From positions 1 through 56,860 of the forward strand of contig MGMT01000024.1 in NCBI GenBank assembly GCA_001796525.1: a stretch of DNA of 56,860 bases, in the 5' to 3' direction. Source of the stretch: Chloroflexi bacterium RBG_13_51_52. Its GTDB lineage: Bacteria > Chloroflexota > Dehalococcoidia > Dehalococcoidales > RBG-16-60-22. This document shows positions 42,983 to 51,790 of the stretch, one piece after another. The first letter of the stretch is position 1. Every line of letters starts with the position of its first letter. Under the pieces are notes generated by a model, which saw only the letters and a program-made list of their open reading frames with translations, was not told where the DNA came from and did not search any database. A program made the translations under genes and the position numbers.

Positions 42983-44800
42983 ATGCTTCATCTTCCCTTC
43001 GAAATAAAGCCATGCCCACAGAACTGCGGGAAGGTATGCGGCGAAAATCTGGAAAACTGCCCGATATTCCTGAAGTTGCCGCCAGACTTACAGGATGTAT
43101 GCAAGAATAACCTGCATCTCCTGCAATACCTGTATATGTTACCGCTGGACGAGATGGAAATACCCCATTATTACGAAAAGATTACCCGGAAGCTGATGGG
43201 AACCAAAGATCCCAACATTATCTACAACATTGGCGGCGGAGTATTTGTTCATGTACTCGCTAATCCGGAAGATATCAGAGATCATTATATTGCCATCGAA
43301 CCAAGTATTATCGATCCCCAGAACCTTCTTCTTGAAGAAATTGAGTTTCAACTGGCAAAGCACGTTGAAGAGCTCGAGGGCGTGATGGAATCATCACAGC
43401 GGCTGGATATTATCATGGATATCGTCGATAAGATTGTGTACATTGACAATCAAAAGAACTCCTTAATTCCCAAGAACATTAAACAGAAAAACAAGAAAAA
43501 TAATGATGATAACGGAAATAGTAATATTGATTTTAGTCAAGAGAATGATAAACAATCTGAAAAACTTAAAGGAAGCGGAAAAGGGAAAATACATGTCACC
43601 CAATTCCAGTATAACAGCATACGTTACCTTTTAAGACGTAAACTCGAAGGCATGGGTGTTCTAGACCCGATGATAGAAGACCCATACATCGAAGATATTT
43701 CGTGCTCCGGTCTCGGAAACATCTTCGTGGAACATAAAATTTTCGGGGGGCTTCGGACCAGCATCGGATTCGATTCTAACGATGCGCTGGATAAATTCGT
43801 TATCGAGCTATCCGAAAGCATTAAGCACCCGGTGACTTTCCGCGAGCCGGTTGTCGATTCCACCCTGCCAGATGGCTCCCGTATCAATATCGTTTACGGG
43901 AACGATGTTTCTAAAAGGGGCAGCAATTTTACAATTCGTAAATTCAGCGAGACACCGATGAGTATACTAGAGCTTATCCAGTTCAACGCACTAAATTACG
44001 AAATGGCTGCTTATCTATCACTGATCATCCAAGAGGGTATGAACGTCTGGGTGTCCGGAGAGACGGCTTCAGGTAAAACAACCATGATGAATGCGCTGAC
44101 GACTTTCATTCCCCCTGAATACAAGATAGTGAGTATTGAAGACACGCCTGAAGTGCAGGTGCCCCACCATAACTGGATACGCGGTGTTACCCGAGGTTCC
44201 GGCAGACAGACTGAATCATCCGAAATATCCATGTTCGATCTTCTTAAGGCTGCCTTACGTCAAAGACCCAACCTTATCATAGTCGGGGAGATTCGTGGTA
44301 TCGAGGGCGCCGTTGCTTTTCAAGCGATGCAGACAGGTCACGCCTGTATGAGCACCTTCCATGCCGCATCGGTTTCCAAACTAATCCAGCGTATAACCGG
44401 CAATCCTATTAATGTGCCGAAGTCATATGTAGACAATCTAAACGTCATCGCCATCTGTCAGCAGGTACGCCTAGCCAGCGGACATCTAGCCCGACGTCTA
44501 ACCAGCATCAACGAAATTGTGAACTATGATTCGATTACCGACGCATTTTCCTTCATTGAGATTTTTAACTGGAATCCATTGGATGATACTTTTTTATTCC
44601 GCGGTTATCAGAACTCATACATACTGGAAAATAAAATCGCTCCCCGACGCGGGTTCCCTGAAGGTAAAAGAAGGCAGATATATAAAATATTAAAGCAAAG
44701 GGCAGAGGTCTTAAAACGTATTACCGAACATGGAAAAACGAATTTTTATGAAGTTTATTCAATATTATCTAAAGCATATCGCGAGGGATATTTCCGTTAA
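42983..44800 (+). CDS. arlI: ArlI (FlaI) archaellum assembly/motor ATPase (type II/IV secretion ATPase superfamily)
   Basis: Walker A VSGETASGKTTMMNAL, IEDTPE, Walker B LIIVGEIRG, and ...HACMSTFHA.... It has a long N-terminal domain with the YIEDISC pattern typical of FlaI. Confidence 0.85.
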   Translation: MLHLPFEIKPCPQNCGKVCGENLENCPIFLKLPPDLQDVCKNNLHLLQYLYMLPLDEMEIPHYYEKITRKLMGTKDPNIIYNIGGGVFVHVLANPEDIRDHYIAIEPSIIDPQNLLLEEIEFQLAKHVEELEGVMESSQRLDIIMDIVDKIVYIDNQKNSLIPKNIKQKNKKNNDDNGNSNIDFSQENDKQSEKLKGSGKGKIHVTQFQYNSIRYLLRRKLEGMGVLDPMIEDPYIEDISCSGLGNIFVEHKIFGGLRTSIGFDSNDALDKFVIELSESIKHPVTFREPVVDSTLPDGSRINIVYGNDVSKRGSNFTIRKFSETPMSILELIQFNALNYEMAAYLSLIIQEGMNVWVSGETASGKTTMMNALTTFIPPEYKIVSIEDTPEVQVPHHNWIRGVTRGSGRQTESSEISMFDLLKAALRQRPNLIIVGEIRGIEGAVAFQAMQTGHACMSTFHAASVSKLIQRITGNPINVPKSYVDNLNVIAICQQVRLASGHLARRLTSINEIVNYDSITDAFSFIEIFNWNPLDDTFLFRGYQNSYILENKIAPRRGFPEGKRRQIYKILKQRAEVLKRITEHGKTNFYEVYSILSKAYREGYFR

Positions 44801-44848
44801 GGTATCGGAATGTGAAGAACAAACCATCTTGCCGGAAGGAGATTTAAT

Positions 44849-45394
44849 ATGATATTCAAAGGCTTTAAATTCGGTAAATCAAAAGATAATGGAAAAGGAA
44901 AGTCCGGAAGCGGCGATAGCACCGCTACACAAATAGCCGAGTTGGAAGAACACCTTAAAGACCGGACTAATAATTTGAAACAAACGGAGAAGAAGCTTTC
45001 AAAGCTTTCCGAAAAAGTGAATGATATAGTAGAAATCGATATTGCCCCGGTAAGACCCCATGGGCCGATCAAAGAGCTGTCCATCGGATCAGAAGATACT
45101 CTGGATGATGTCGATATTGACGAAGGAGTAATAGCGGGGGATGCCCTTGAGGAAACCGTTGAGGATATCAAATTAGTAGAAAAACCAGTCGAATCCGAAC
45201 CTCCTCCGGTGACAGGAAAGGGAACAAAAAGCAATTATGACAGCGATTCGTTGAAGGCACTATTCACCAGCGTAGAAGAGGATGAAAATCCTCTGGCAAA
45301 TCTGATAAATTCACTGCCCGAGATCACCATTGATGAACTGGAGGAGGATTTAAAGGAAATAAAGGATATTATCAAGGACTGGCAGCAGAAATGA
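44849..45394 (+). CDS. Hypothetical acidic coiled-coil protein, last gene of the archaellum cluster
   Basis: 181 aa behind the RBS AAGGAG. It has a basic N-terminus (KGFKFGKSKDNGKGKSG), a coiled coil, then a D/E-rich C-terminal half. No family recognised. Confidence 0.6.
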   Translation: MIFKGFKFGKSKDNGKGKSGSGDSTATQIAELEEHLKDRTNNLKQTEKKLSKLSEKVNDIVEIDIAPVRPHGPIKELSIGSEDTLDDVDIDEGVIAGDALEETVEDIKLVEKPVESEPPPVTGKGTKSNYDSDSLKALFTSVEEDENPLANLINSLPEITIDELEEDLKEIKDIIKDWQQK

Positions 45395-45604
45395 GCAAGA
45401 AATACGAAGAATCCAGGAAAGCTTTTTCAGTGTGGGGGAATACCCCAATAAAATAGGGGGATATCATGGTTGCTGACTACAGTAAGCAGTAGTAGCCTGA
45501 TAATGAGGGCAAATTGGATAAAATTGCCCGTACTGTGCTTTGAGAAAAATTAGACCATGGGGAAATAAAGCAACCGGACCCTGAACACTTTTGGAGGGCC
45601 AAAA

Positions 45605-47107
45605 ATGAGTTATAAACGTAATAAAAAGGGGTTGTGGGCAAATAAACACTTGCGGTATATCATCGCTATCATAGCGTTGTGCGCTGTTGTTTATTATTTG
45701 CCCGCTATCAGCGGCCGTCTCGGGTGGATAGGTGTTCAGGACTCTCTTAATAATCTCCATAACTTATATGGTATTGACTTCCTGGGTCTGATATTCTTCG
45801 CCCCGGTGGTGTATTCAGCTTACGTACTGGGTGTTATACCGGCAATCTTAACAGCATTTATTTCCATGTTAATCCTGTTGCCCCATGCCGTACTTATAGA
45901 CACATATCCCAATGCTCTGTTCAAACCCACAGCTTTTGTTATCATCCTTAGCGCGGTGGGGGCGGTAGTTGCCATGCTGCAAAAGAGCGAGCAGCAGCAC
46001 CGCCAGAGAATTAAGGAGATGAAATGTCTTTATGATATCGGTAAAGCGGCGGGAGACAGCAACTCGGTTGATGAGTTCCTGGGTAAAGTTGTGACGATAG
46101 TGCCGCAGGCAACACATTTACCGGAGGGAACCAGAGTTAGAATCACTTTTCGTGACAATGTTTATAAGAGCCCGAATTTCCAAAAATATACTAATAAAAC
46201 ATCCGAGAACCTGGTAATAAATGGGGAAAACAGCGGTATTGTGGAAATTTATTCCAACCACGATAATCCTTATTTAAAGAAGAAAAACTACCTGACCAAG
46301 ACACTCGCAGAAAGAATCGGAGGAGCTATCCGCCAGGTGGAACTGGAACAGTCACTCCGCGGCTATTACGAACAATTGGAAAAAGAGGTGGACATCAGGA
46401 CTAAAGACCTGGAGAAAGTACAGGAAAAACTCATCCGTTCCGAGCGTCTGGCAGCTGTCGGAGAGTTGGCTTCAGGCGTCGGGCATGAACTGCGAAATCC
46501 CTTAAACGTAATCAGGAATTGCGCCTATCTGCTTAATATGGCGTTAGCCGAAAAATCGGATGAAGAAGCGGCTAATACGCTGAAGGTCCTGGATAAACAA
46601 ATCGATATCGCCAATAAAATAGTAACCGACCTGCTGGATTTCACGCGTATCAAGCCCCCAACACAAGTCAAGGCCGAGATAAAGGCTTTGCTGGATGAAA
46701 GCCTTTCATGGCTAACCATTCCGGAACAAGTAAGCGTAAAAGTGAACCTGAACGGTAATTCAAAACTGATAAAGACCGACCCCGAGCAGATAAGCCGGGT
46801 GTTTTCTAATATCGTTTCTAATGCCGTGCAAGCGATGAACGGGAAAACCGGAGAAGTGAATATCAGCACCGATTCCGATGATAGTTATCTTTCGGTTATA
46901 TTCCAGGACACCGGCTGTGGAATACCTGAAGAAAACATGGAAAAGATATTCGAGCCACTTTTCACTACCAAGCCGAAAGGTATTGGACTCGGTCTGGCTA
47001 TTTCCAAGAGGCTGGTCGAACAAAATGGCGGCAAAATCGAAGTGTCGAGCAAGGTTGGCATGGGCACGACCTTCACTATCAAACTACCGATTGAACAAAG
47101 GAGCTAA
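45605..47107 (+). CDS. Membrane sensor histidine kinase
   Basis: N-terminal TM segments, H-box GELASGVGHELRNPLN, and ATPase motifs DTGCGIPEE and GIGLGLAISKRLVEQNGG. Confidence 0.9.
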   Translation: MSYKRNKKGLWANKHLRYIIAIIALCAVVYYLPAISGRLGWIGVQDSLNNLHNLYGIDFLGLIFFAPVVYSAYVLGVIPAILTAFISMLILLPHAVLIDTYPNALFKPTAFVIILSAVGAVVAMLQKSEQQHRQRIKEMKCLYDIGKAAGDSNSVDEFLGKVVTIVPQATHLPEGTRVRITFRDNVYKSPNFQKYTNKTSENLVINGENSGIVEIYSNHDNPYLKKKNYLTKTLAERIGGAIRQVELEQSLRGYYEQLEKEVDIRTKDLEKVQEKLIRSERLAAVGELASGVGHELRNPLNVIRNCAYLLNMALAEKSDEEAANTLKVLDKQIDIANKIVTDLLDFTRIKPPTQVKAEIKALLDESLSWLTIPEQVSVKVNLNGNSKLIKTDPEQISRVFSNIVSNAVQAMNGKTGEVNISTDSDDSYLSVIFQDTGCGIPEENMEKIFEPLFTTKPKGIGLGLAISKRLVEQNGGKIEVSSKVGMGTTFTIKLPIEQRS

Positions 47108-47114
47108 ACCTGAA

Positions 47115-47873
47115 ATGGATGATAAACTGACAATCCTCGTGGTTGATGATAACCAGGATTTATTAGAAACATTCGCCATGATTTTAAAGCGGCGCGGCTA
47201 TAATGTCCAAACGGCAGTTGATGGATTATCCGCCGTTAATAAGTTTAAAGAGCAAAGTTTTGACGTCACGCTGATGGACATCGTTATGCCCGAGATGAAC
47301 GGTGTGGACGCCTTTAAGAAAATAAAAGAGATGCAGCCGGAAGCGCCGATAATATTGATGACAGCCTACTCCGACGAGGAACTGATTCAAAGCGCCAAAA
47401 ATGAGGGTGTCTGCCAGATAATCCACAAGCCGATACGCATTGACCAGCTTATTGAGCTCATCAACGAAACAGCCGGCAGCCAACCGATTCTCGTCGTAGA
47501 TGACGACGCCGACATTTGTGAGACTTTGACAAAAATCCTGGAATTACACGGATATGACGTCTTAACAGCCGGCAGCGGTGAAGAGGCTGTTGCGATGAGC
47601 AAGCGAAAAACCTGCCAGATTGCTTTTATCGATGTCAAGCTGCCTAATATCGACGGTCTGGAGACGCTGCTCAGATTGAAGGAAATAAATCCGGATATCC
47701 TCATTATAATGATGACCGGATTCCGTAACGAAGTAAAAGAAGCCCTGGAGAAAGCCGAAGCAGCATCAGCCATCACCTGTCTGTATAAACCGTTCGACCC
47801 CGCCGATGCCGCGGCACTGGTAAAAAATATTTTCAAAGGGAAGCATCATAACAGGAAACCAGATGAAAAATAA
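47115..47873 (+). CDS. Tandem receiver (REC-REC) protein without output domain
   Basis: I take the start as ATG 47115 (MDDKLTILVVDDNQ...), after the kinase stop at 47107; the track start 46878 overlaps the kinase. Both receivers keep DD and the acceptor Asp (TLMDIVMP and AFIDVKLP). Confidence 0.85.
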   Translation: MDDKLTILVVDDNQDLLETFAMILKRRGYNVQTAVDGLSAVNKFKEQSFDVTLMDIVMPEMNGVDAFKKIKEMQPEAPIILMTAYSDEELIQSAKNEGVCQIIHKPIRIDQLIELINETAGSQPILVVDDDADICETLTKILELHGYDVLTAGSGEEAVAMSKRKTCQIAFIDVKLPNIDGLETLLRLKEINPDILIIMMTGFRNEVKEALEKAEAASAITCLYKPFDPADAAALVKNIFKGKHHNRKPDEK

Positions 47874-49479
47874 AGAAAGCATACTGGTAGTGGATGACGA
47901 CCTCGATTTTCTAGGAATCATCCGGAAGATACTGGAAAATAAGGGGTACAAAACCAGTACCGTGCCTTCGGCCAGTGAGGCGTTGTCCCTTTTAGAAAAG
48001 CAGTTCTATAATGCGGTTATCCTGGATATCAGCCTGCCGGATGCCGATGGTACCGAACTGCTTCCTAAAATACTCGAATTGCATCCATATATCCTAGCTA
48101 TAATGCTGACAGGCCATTCCTCGGTAAAGAACGCCGTAGAGTCTTTGAACCGGGGTGCTTTCGCGTATCTTGAGAAACCGTTAAACCCGGAGAACCTCCT
48201 TTCAGTTATCAACCGAGGCATGGAAAAACAGCTCCTCGTTTTTGAAAACCGCCAGTTAATGGATGAACTGGAAAGGCATAATCGTATCACCAATACTCTC
48301 TTGAGCGTTTCGCAGGCAGTAGCCCAGACGCTCGACCTTCAGAAAATAATCGATTCCGCACTGGAAAAGGTAGCCGAATGTATCGGAGTGGAAGCAAGTT
48401 TTGTCTACCTTCGTGATAAAGATCATTTCAAACTCAAGGGGTACCACGGATTGTCAACGCAAACAGTCAAGGATATGCCCGAAGAGGTCTCCAACAACAC
48501 GGGAATATTCAGTAACCTGATTGAGCAGTCCGGGCCTATTATTATAGAAGATCTTAAAAAAACCAATGAACCAGACCTCGGGTTCCTGAATAATGTCGGC
48601 TACCGCTCTTTTGCCGGAGTTCCCTTGGCGATTCTGGGTGAGAATATCGGTGTCCTGGGAATAGCTACCGATTTTAATCAGATTTTTAGTCCTAATAATG
48701 TCGATTTACTCACGGGAATCGGACGAGAAATAGCTATAGCGGTCAGGAACGCACAGCTATATGAAGAAGCATCCAGCGTTAAAGCGCTCCGGGAACTCGA
48801 CGCCATGCGTACCGCCTTTCTCGCCAACGTATCACACGAATTACGCACGCCTCTAGCAGTTATTAAAGGTTCAGCCAATAGCCTGTTGCAGCCTGATGTT
48901 ATTTTCGATGAACAGACACGTCGTGACTTCCTGGTATCTATAGATAAAGACGCCGATACATTGACCCGCTTGGTAGACGACCTGCTGATGATATCCCGCC
49001 TCGAAGCCAACGCGCTGGAGGTCAAGAAAAAGCCAAGTAAACTTATCGATGTAATATCAGCCATTAAAGACAGGCTGGACAACCTAACAGTAAAACATCA
49101 TATGCATATCGATATCGCGGAAGAAATCCCGACGGTAAATATAGATGAAGGACGCATCGGCGAAGTGCTTACCAATCTCGTTGAGAACGCGGTTAAGTTT
49201 TCCGAAGACAACACCAATATCTACATTAAAGCGATAAATAAAAATAAAGAAGTATTAATCAGCGTTGCCGATGAAGGTATCGGCATTCCTCTGGAATTGC
49301 ACCAGAGAATATTCGAACGATTTTTCCAAGGAGACGGTCGCAAGGCCGGACGCAGAAAGGGAACCGGACTGGGGCTGGCCATTTGCCAAGGCATTGTCGA
49401 AGCGCACGGGGGTGAAATCTGGGTAGAAAGCACACCAGGCAAAGGGGCTAAATTCAGCTTCAACATCCCGGTTAACTAA
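47863..49479 (+). CDS. Hybrid REC-GAF histidine kinase
   Basis: ILVVDDDLDF...VILDISLPDADG receiver domain, a GAF-like middle region, H-box FLANVSHELRTPL, and GTGLGLAICQGIVEAHGG. Confidence 0.9.
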   Translation: MKNKESILVVDDDLDFLGIIRKILENKGYKTSTVPSASEALSLLEKQFYNAVILDISLPDADGTELLPKILELHPYILAIMLTGHSSVKNAVESLNRGAFAYLEKPLNPENLLSVINRGMEKQLLVFENRQLMDELERHNRITNTLLSVSQAVAQTLDLQKIIDSALEKVAECIGVEASFVYLRDKDHFKLKGYHGLSTQTVKDMPEEVSNNTGIFSNLIEQSGPIIIEDLKKTNEPDLGFLNNVGYRSFAGVPLAILGENIGVLGIATDFNQIFSPNNVDLLTGIGREIAIAVRNAQLYEEASSVKALRELDAMRTAFLANVSHELRTPLAVIKGSANSLLQPDVIFDEQTRRDFLVSIDKDADTLTRLVDDLLMISRLEANALEVKKKPSKLIDVISAIKDRLDNLTVKHHMHIDIAEEIPTVNIDEGRIGEVLTNLVENAVKFSEDNTNIYIKAINKNKEVLISVADEGIGIPLELHQRIFERFFQGDGRKAGRRKGTGLGLAICQGIVEAHGGEIWVESTPGKGAKFSFNIPVN

Positions 49480-49493
49480 AGGGGGATACGACT

Positions 49494-50201
49494 ATGGACA
49501 AAAAACACATACTCATCGTGGATGATGACCCGGCGATACTGAGATTACTTAGCACAAATCTCAAGGCACGCGGCTATGAAATTTTCACCGCCATAGATGG
49601 AGCAGAATCGCTGGAAGCGGTGCAAAAAGATTTCATCGACCTAATAATTCTCGACCTGATGATGCCCAAGATAGACGGCGTGGAAGTATGCCGACGTGTC
49701 CGGGAATGGTCGGACGTACCTATTATCATACTGAGCGCCCGTGGCGATGAAAATGACAAGGTAAAGTGCCTTGACCTGGGCGCGGACGATTATCTGACGA
49801 AACCTTTCGGTATCGCCGAACTGATGGCGAGAATTAAAACGGCTTTCCGCCACCGCGGCGACCCAACTGTAGCCCCAGCCCAAGCAACATTCGCCTGCGA
49901 CGGACTGGAAATAAACTTTGCCAAGCGGCGGGTAACGGTTGACGGTAAAGAGGTAACACTCACCCCTACCGAGTTCGCCCTGCTGCAGCACCTGGCAGTT
50001 AATTCGGATAAAGTCCTGACCCATAATATGCTTTTGCAGAGCGTCTGGGGCAATGAATATTCATCGGAAAAAGAATACCTGCGTGTATTTGTCGGACGAC
50101 TGCGCCGCAAGCTGGAGCCCGACCCCAAGAACCCCAAATACATCCAGACAATCCCCGGTGTAGGCTATCATATCGCGACATCAACAGCTTCAGTAGCTTA
50201 G
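49494..50201 (+). CDS. OmpR/PhoB-family response regulator (KdpE-like)
   Basis: ILIVDDDPAI...IILDLMMPKIDG receiver domain and a winged-helix C-terminus ...LTPTEFALLQHLA...YLRVFVGRLRRKLE...IQTIPGVGY. Confidence 0.9.
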   Translation: MDKKHILIVDDDPAILRLLSTNLKARGYEIFTAIDGAESLEAVQKDFIDLIILDLMMPKIDGVEVCRRVREWSDVPIIILSARGDENDKVKCLDLGADDYLTKPFGIAELMARIKTAFRHRGDPTVAPAQATFACDGLEINFAKRRVTVDGKEVTLTPTEFALLQHLAVNSDKVLTHNMLLQSVWGNEYSSEKEYLRVFVGRLRRKLEPDPKNPKYIQTIPGVGYHIATSTASVA

Positions 50202-50221
50202 CGGCTACTGTTTTCATATAG

Positions 50222-50249
50222 AAAGGGAGCTTTATCAGCTCCCTTTTTT
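50222..50249 (+). terminator. Rho-independent terminator
   Basis: AAAGGGAGCT-ttatc-AGCTCCCTTT followed by a T-run (50244-50249). Confidence 0.8.
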
Positions 50250-50323
50250 ATTTGTTAAATATCTGTGTTTTAGAGTACAATCAGGTTAATATTTTGCATC
50301 ATCATATATAAAAGGAGTATTTC

Positions 50324-51046
50324 ATGACCGTCAAAGAAATGGAAGCAAAGCTCAAAGCCCTGGAAAAGAAAATAAGCCTTTTAGAAGATGTAAATGAAGT
50401 AAAAAGACTGCAGAGGGCATATAGTTATTACGTTCAGCATATGATGCGTGACGAAATATACGACTGTTTCGCCGATTCTCCGGATGTAGTCCTACACTGG
50501 CTGGAAGGCACCTGGCTGGGCAAAGAAGGCGTGAAACGCTATTTCGGCGTCGGAAGTGACCGCCCGGAACCGCCGCCGGGATTCCTGCACCAGGTAATGC
50601 CTATCGCCGGAGTTGTTGATGTAGAACCGAACGGGAAAAGAGCCAAGGGGCGCTGGTATTCTTTCGGCGGGGTTGCCATACCCAACGAAAAAGGTAAATT
50701 CAATTGCTCAATCGTCGGGGGCCTTTACGAAATCGAATATATCAAGCAGAACGGCGCCTGGAAAATGCTGAGAGTAGACTGGATTATACCTCTAAACATC
50801 AAAATACCGGAAGATGCCTGGATGTCAGTGGAAAATCTCGGTAAAGCTATCATGAATTTCAAAGGTCCCGGTGCCGATATCCCGCCTACTCCCGATGACC
50901 CCAGGTTTGTATCAGGCTATATCTTCCCGTTCCATTACAACCACCCGGTTACCGGCAAGCCAACTTCCGAGAAAGTGAAGAATACCAAACTGCTAAGCGG
51001 AAAAAAGGTAAAAGCTAAAGCTAAGTCCAAATTAAAAGCGAAATAG
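50324..51046 (+). CDS. NTF2/SnoaL-like fold protein with N-terminal coiled coil and Lys-rich C-terminal tail
   Basis: ...VKRLQRAYSYYVQH...GRWYSFGG...GGLYEIEYIKQNGAWKM... is SnoaL_4-like. The tail reads KKVKAKAKSKLKAK. Confidence 0.6.
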   Translation: MTVKEMEAKLKALEKKISLLEDVNEVKRLQRAYSYYVQHMMRDEIYDCFADSPDVVLHWLEGTWLGKEGVKRYFGVGSDRPEPPPGFLHQVMPIAGVVDVEPNGKRAKGRWYSFGGVAIPNEKGKFNCSIVGGLYEIEYIKQNGAWKMLRVDWIIPLNIKIPEDAWMSVENLGKAIMNFKGPGADIPPTPDDPRFVSGYIFPFHYNHPVTGKPTSEKVKNTKLLSGKKVKAKAKSKLKAK

Positions 51047-51097
51047 CTGCGTCTTTTCAGGAGCCTGTAACAACAATTATCTTAAGGAGAGAAAAAT

Positions 51098-51556
51098 ATG
51101 GCAACGAAAACAAAATACGGAAAATGTGTACATACGAAAAAATTAATCAAAGATATAGGACATTACACCGGTAAATCAATCGTAGCGCACGATGGCGAGC
51201 TGGATGCCGACTGCAGCATGGGTTATCACTGCATCTCCAAGCCAATGTCTTTCGACCATGTTCATTCCCATAATTTCCCAGAAATGCTTTGCTTCATCGG
51301 CGGGAACCCGCTGGATATCACCGATTTCGGGGCGGAAATAGAGTTTACGTTGGGTGGAGAGAAGCACTTTATCAATACCACTGCCGTCGTCTCCATCCCT
51401 AAAGGTGTAAAGCACTGCCCTATCGTATTTAAGAAAGTTACCAGGCCTATCATCTTCCTGGAGGTATCGCTAACGCGCATCTGGAAGCCTTCAGGACCGC
51501 CGCCGAAAAAGAAAGCGGCCGCTACCAAGAAAGCACCTAAAAAGACCACCAGATAA
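51098..51556 (+). CDS. Cupin-like protein with Lys/Pro-rich C-terminal tail
   Basis: ...HVHSHNFPEMLCFIGG...GAEIEFTLGGEKH...VSIPKGVKHCP... is a cupin pattern. The tail reads PPPKKKAAATKKAPKKTTR. Confidence 0.55.
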   Translation: MATKTKYGKCVHTKKLIKDIGHYTGKSIVAHDGELDADCSMGYHCISKPMSFDHVHSHNFPEMLCFIGGNPLDITDFGAEIEFTLGGEKHFINTTAVVSIPKGVKHCPIVFKKVTRPIIFLEVSLTRIWKPSGPPPKKKAAATKKAPKKTTR

Positions 51557-51790
51557 ATATAATATTATTTGATAGTCAAACATTAAACATTGCTGCTTCG
51601 CTTTTTTAACTTTAAAACGAGTTTTATGTAAACTATCTTTACTATTTTTACACCTGCAACAAATGCCTCATATGTCCTGCCGCATCATTAATAAGATGTT
51701 TATCTTATAATTATTGCCGTTTATGCCCTGTTTATCGCCACGATGTTAGTCTTATACATGTAAATAAAACGTCTTATAAAGGAGACTAGC

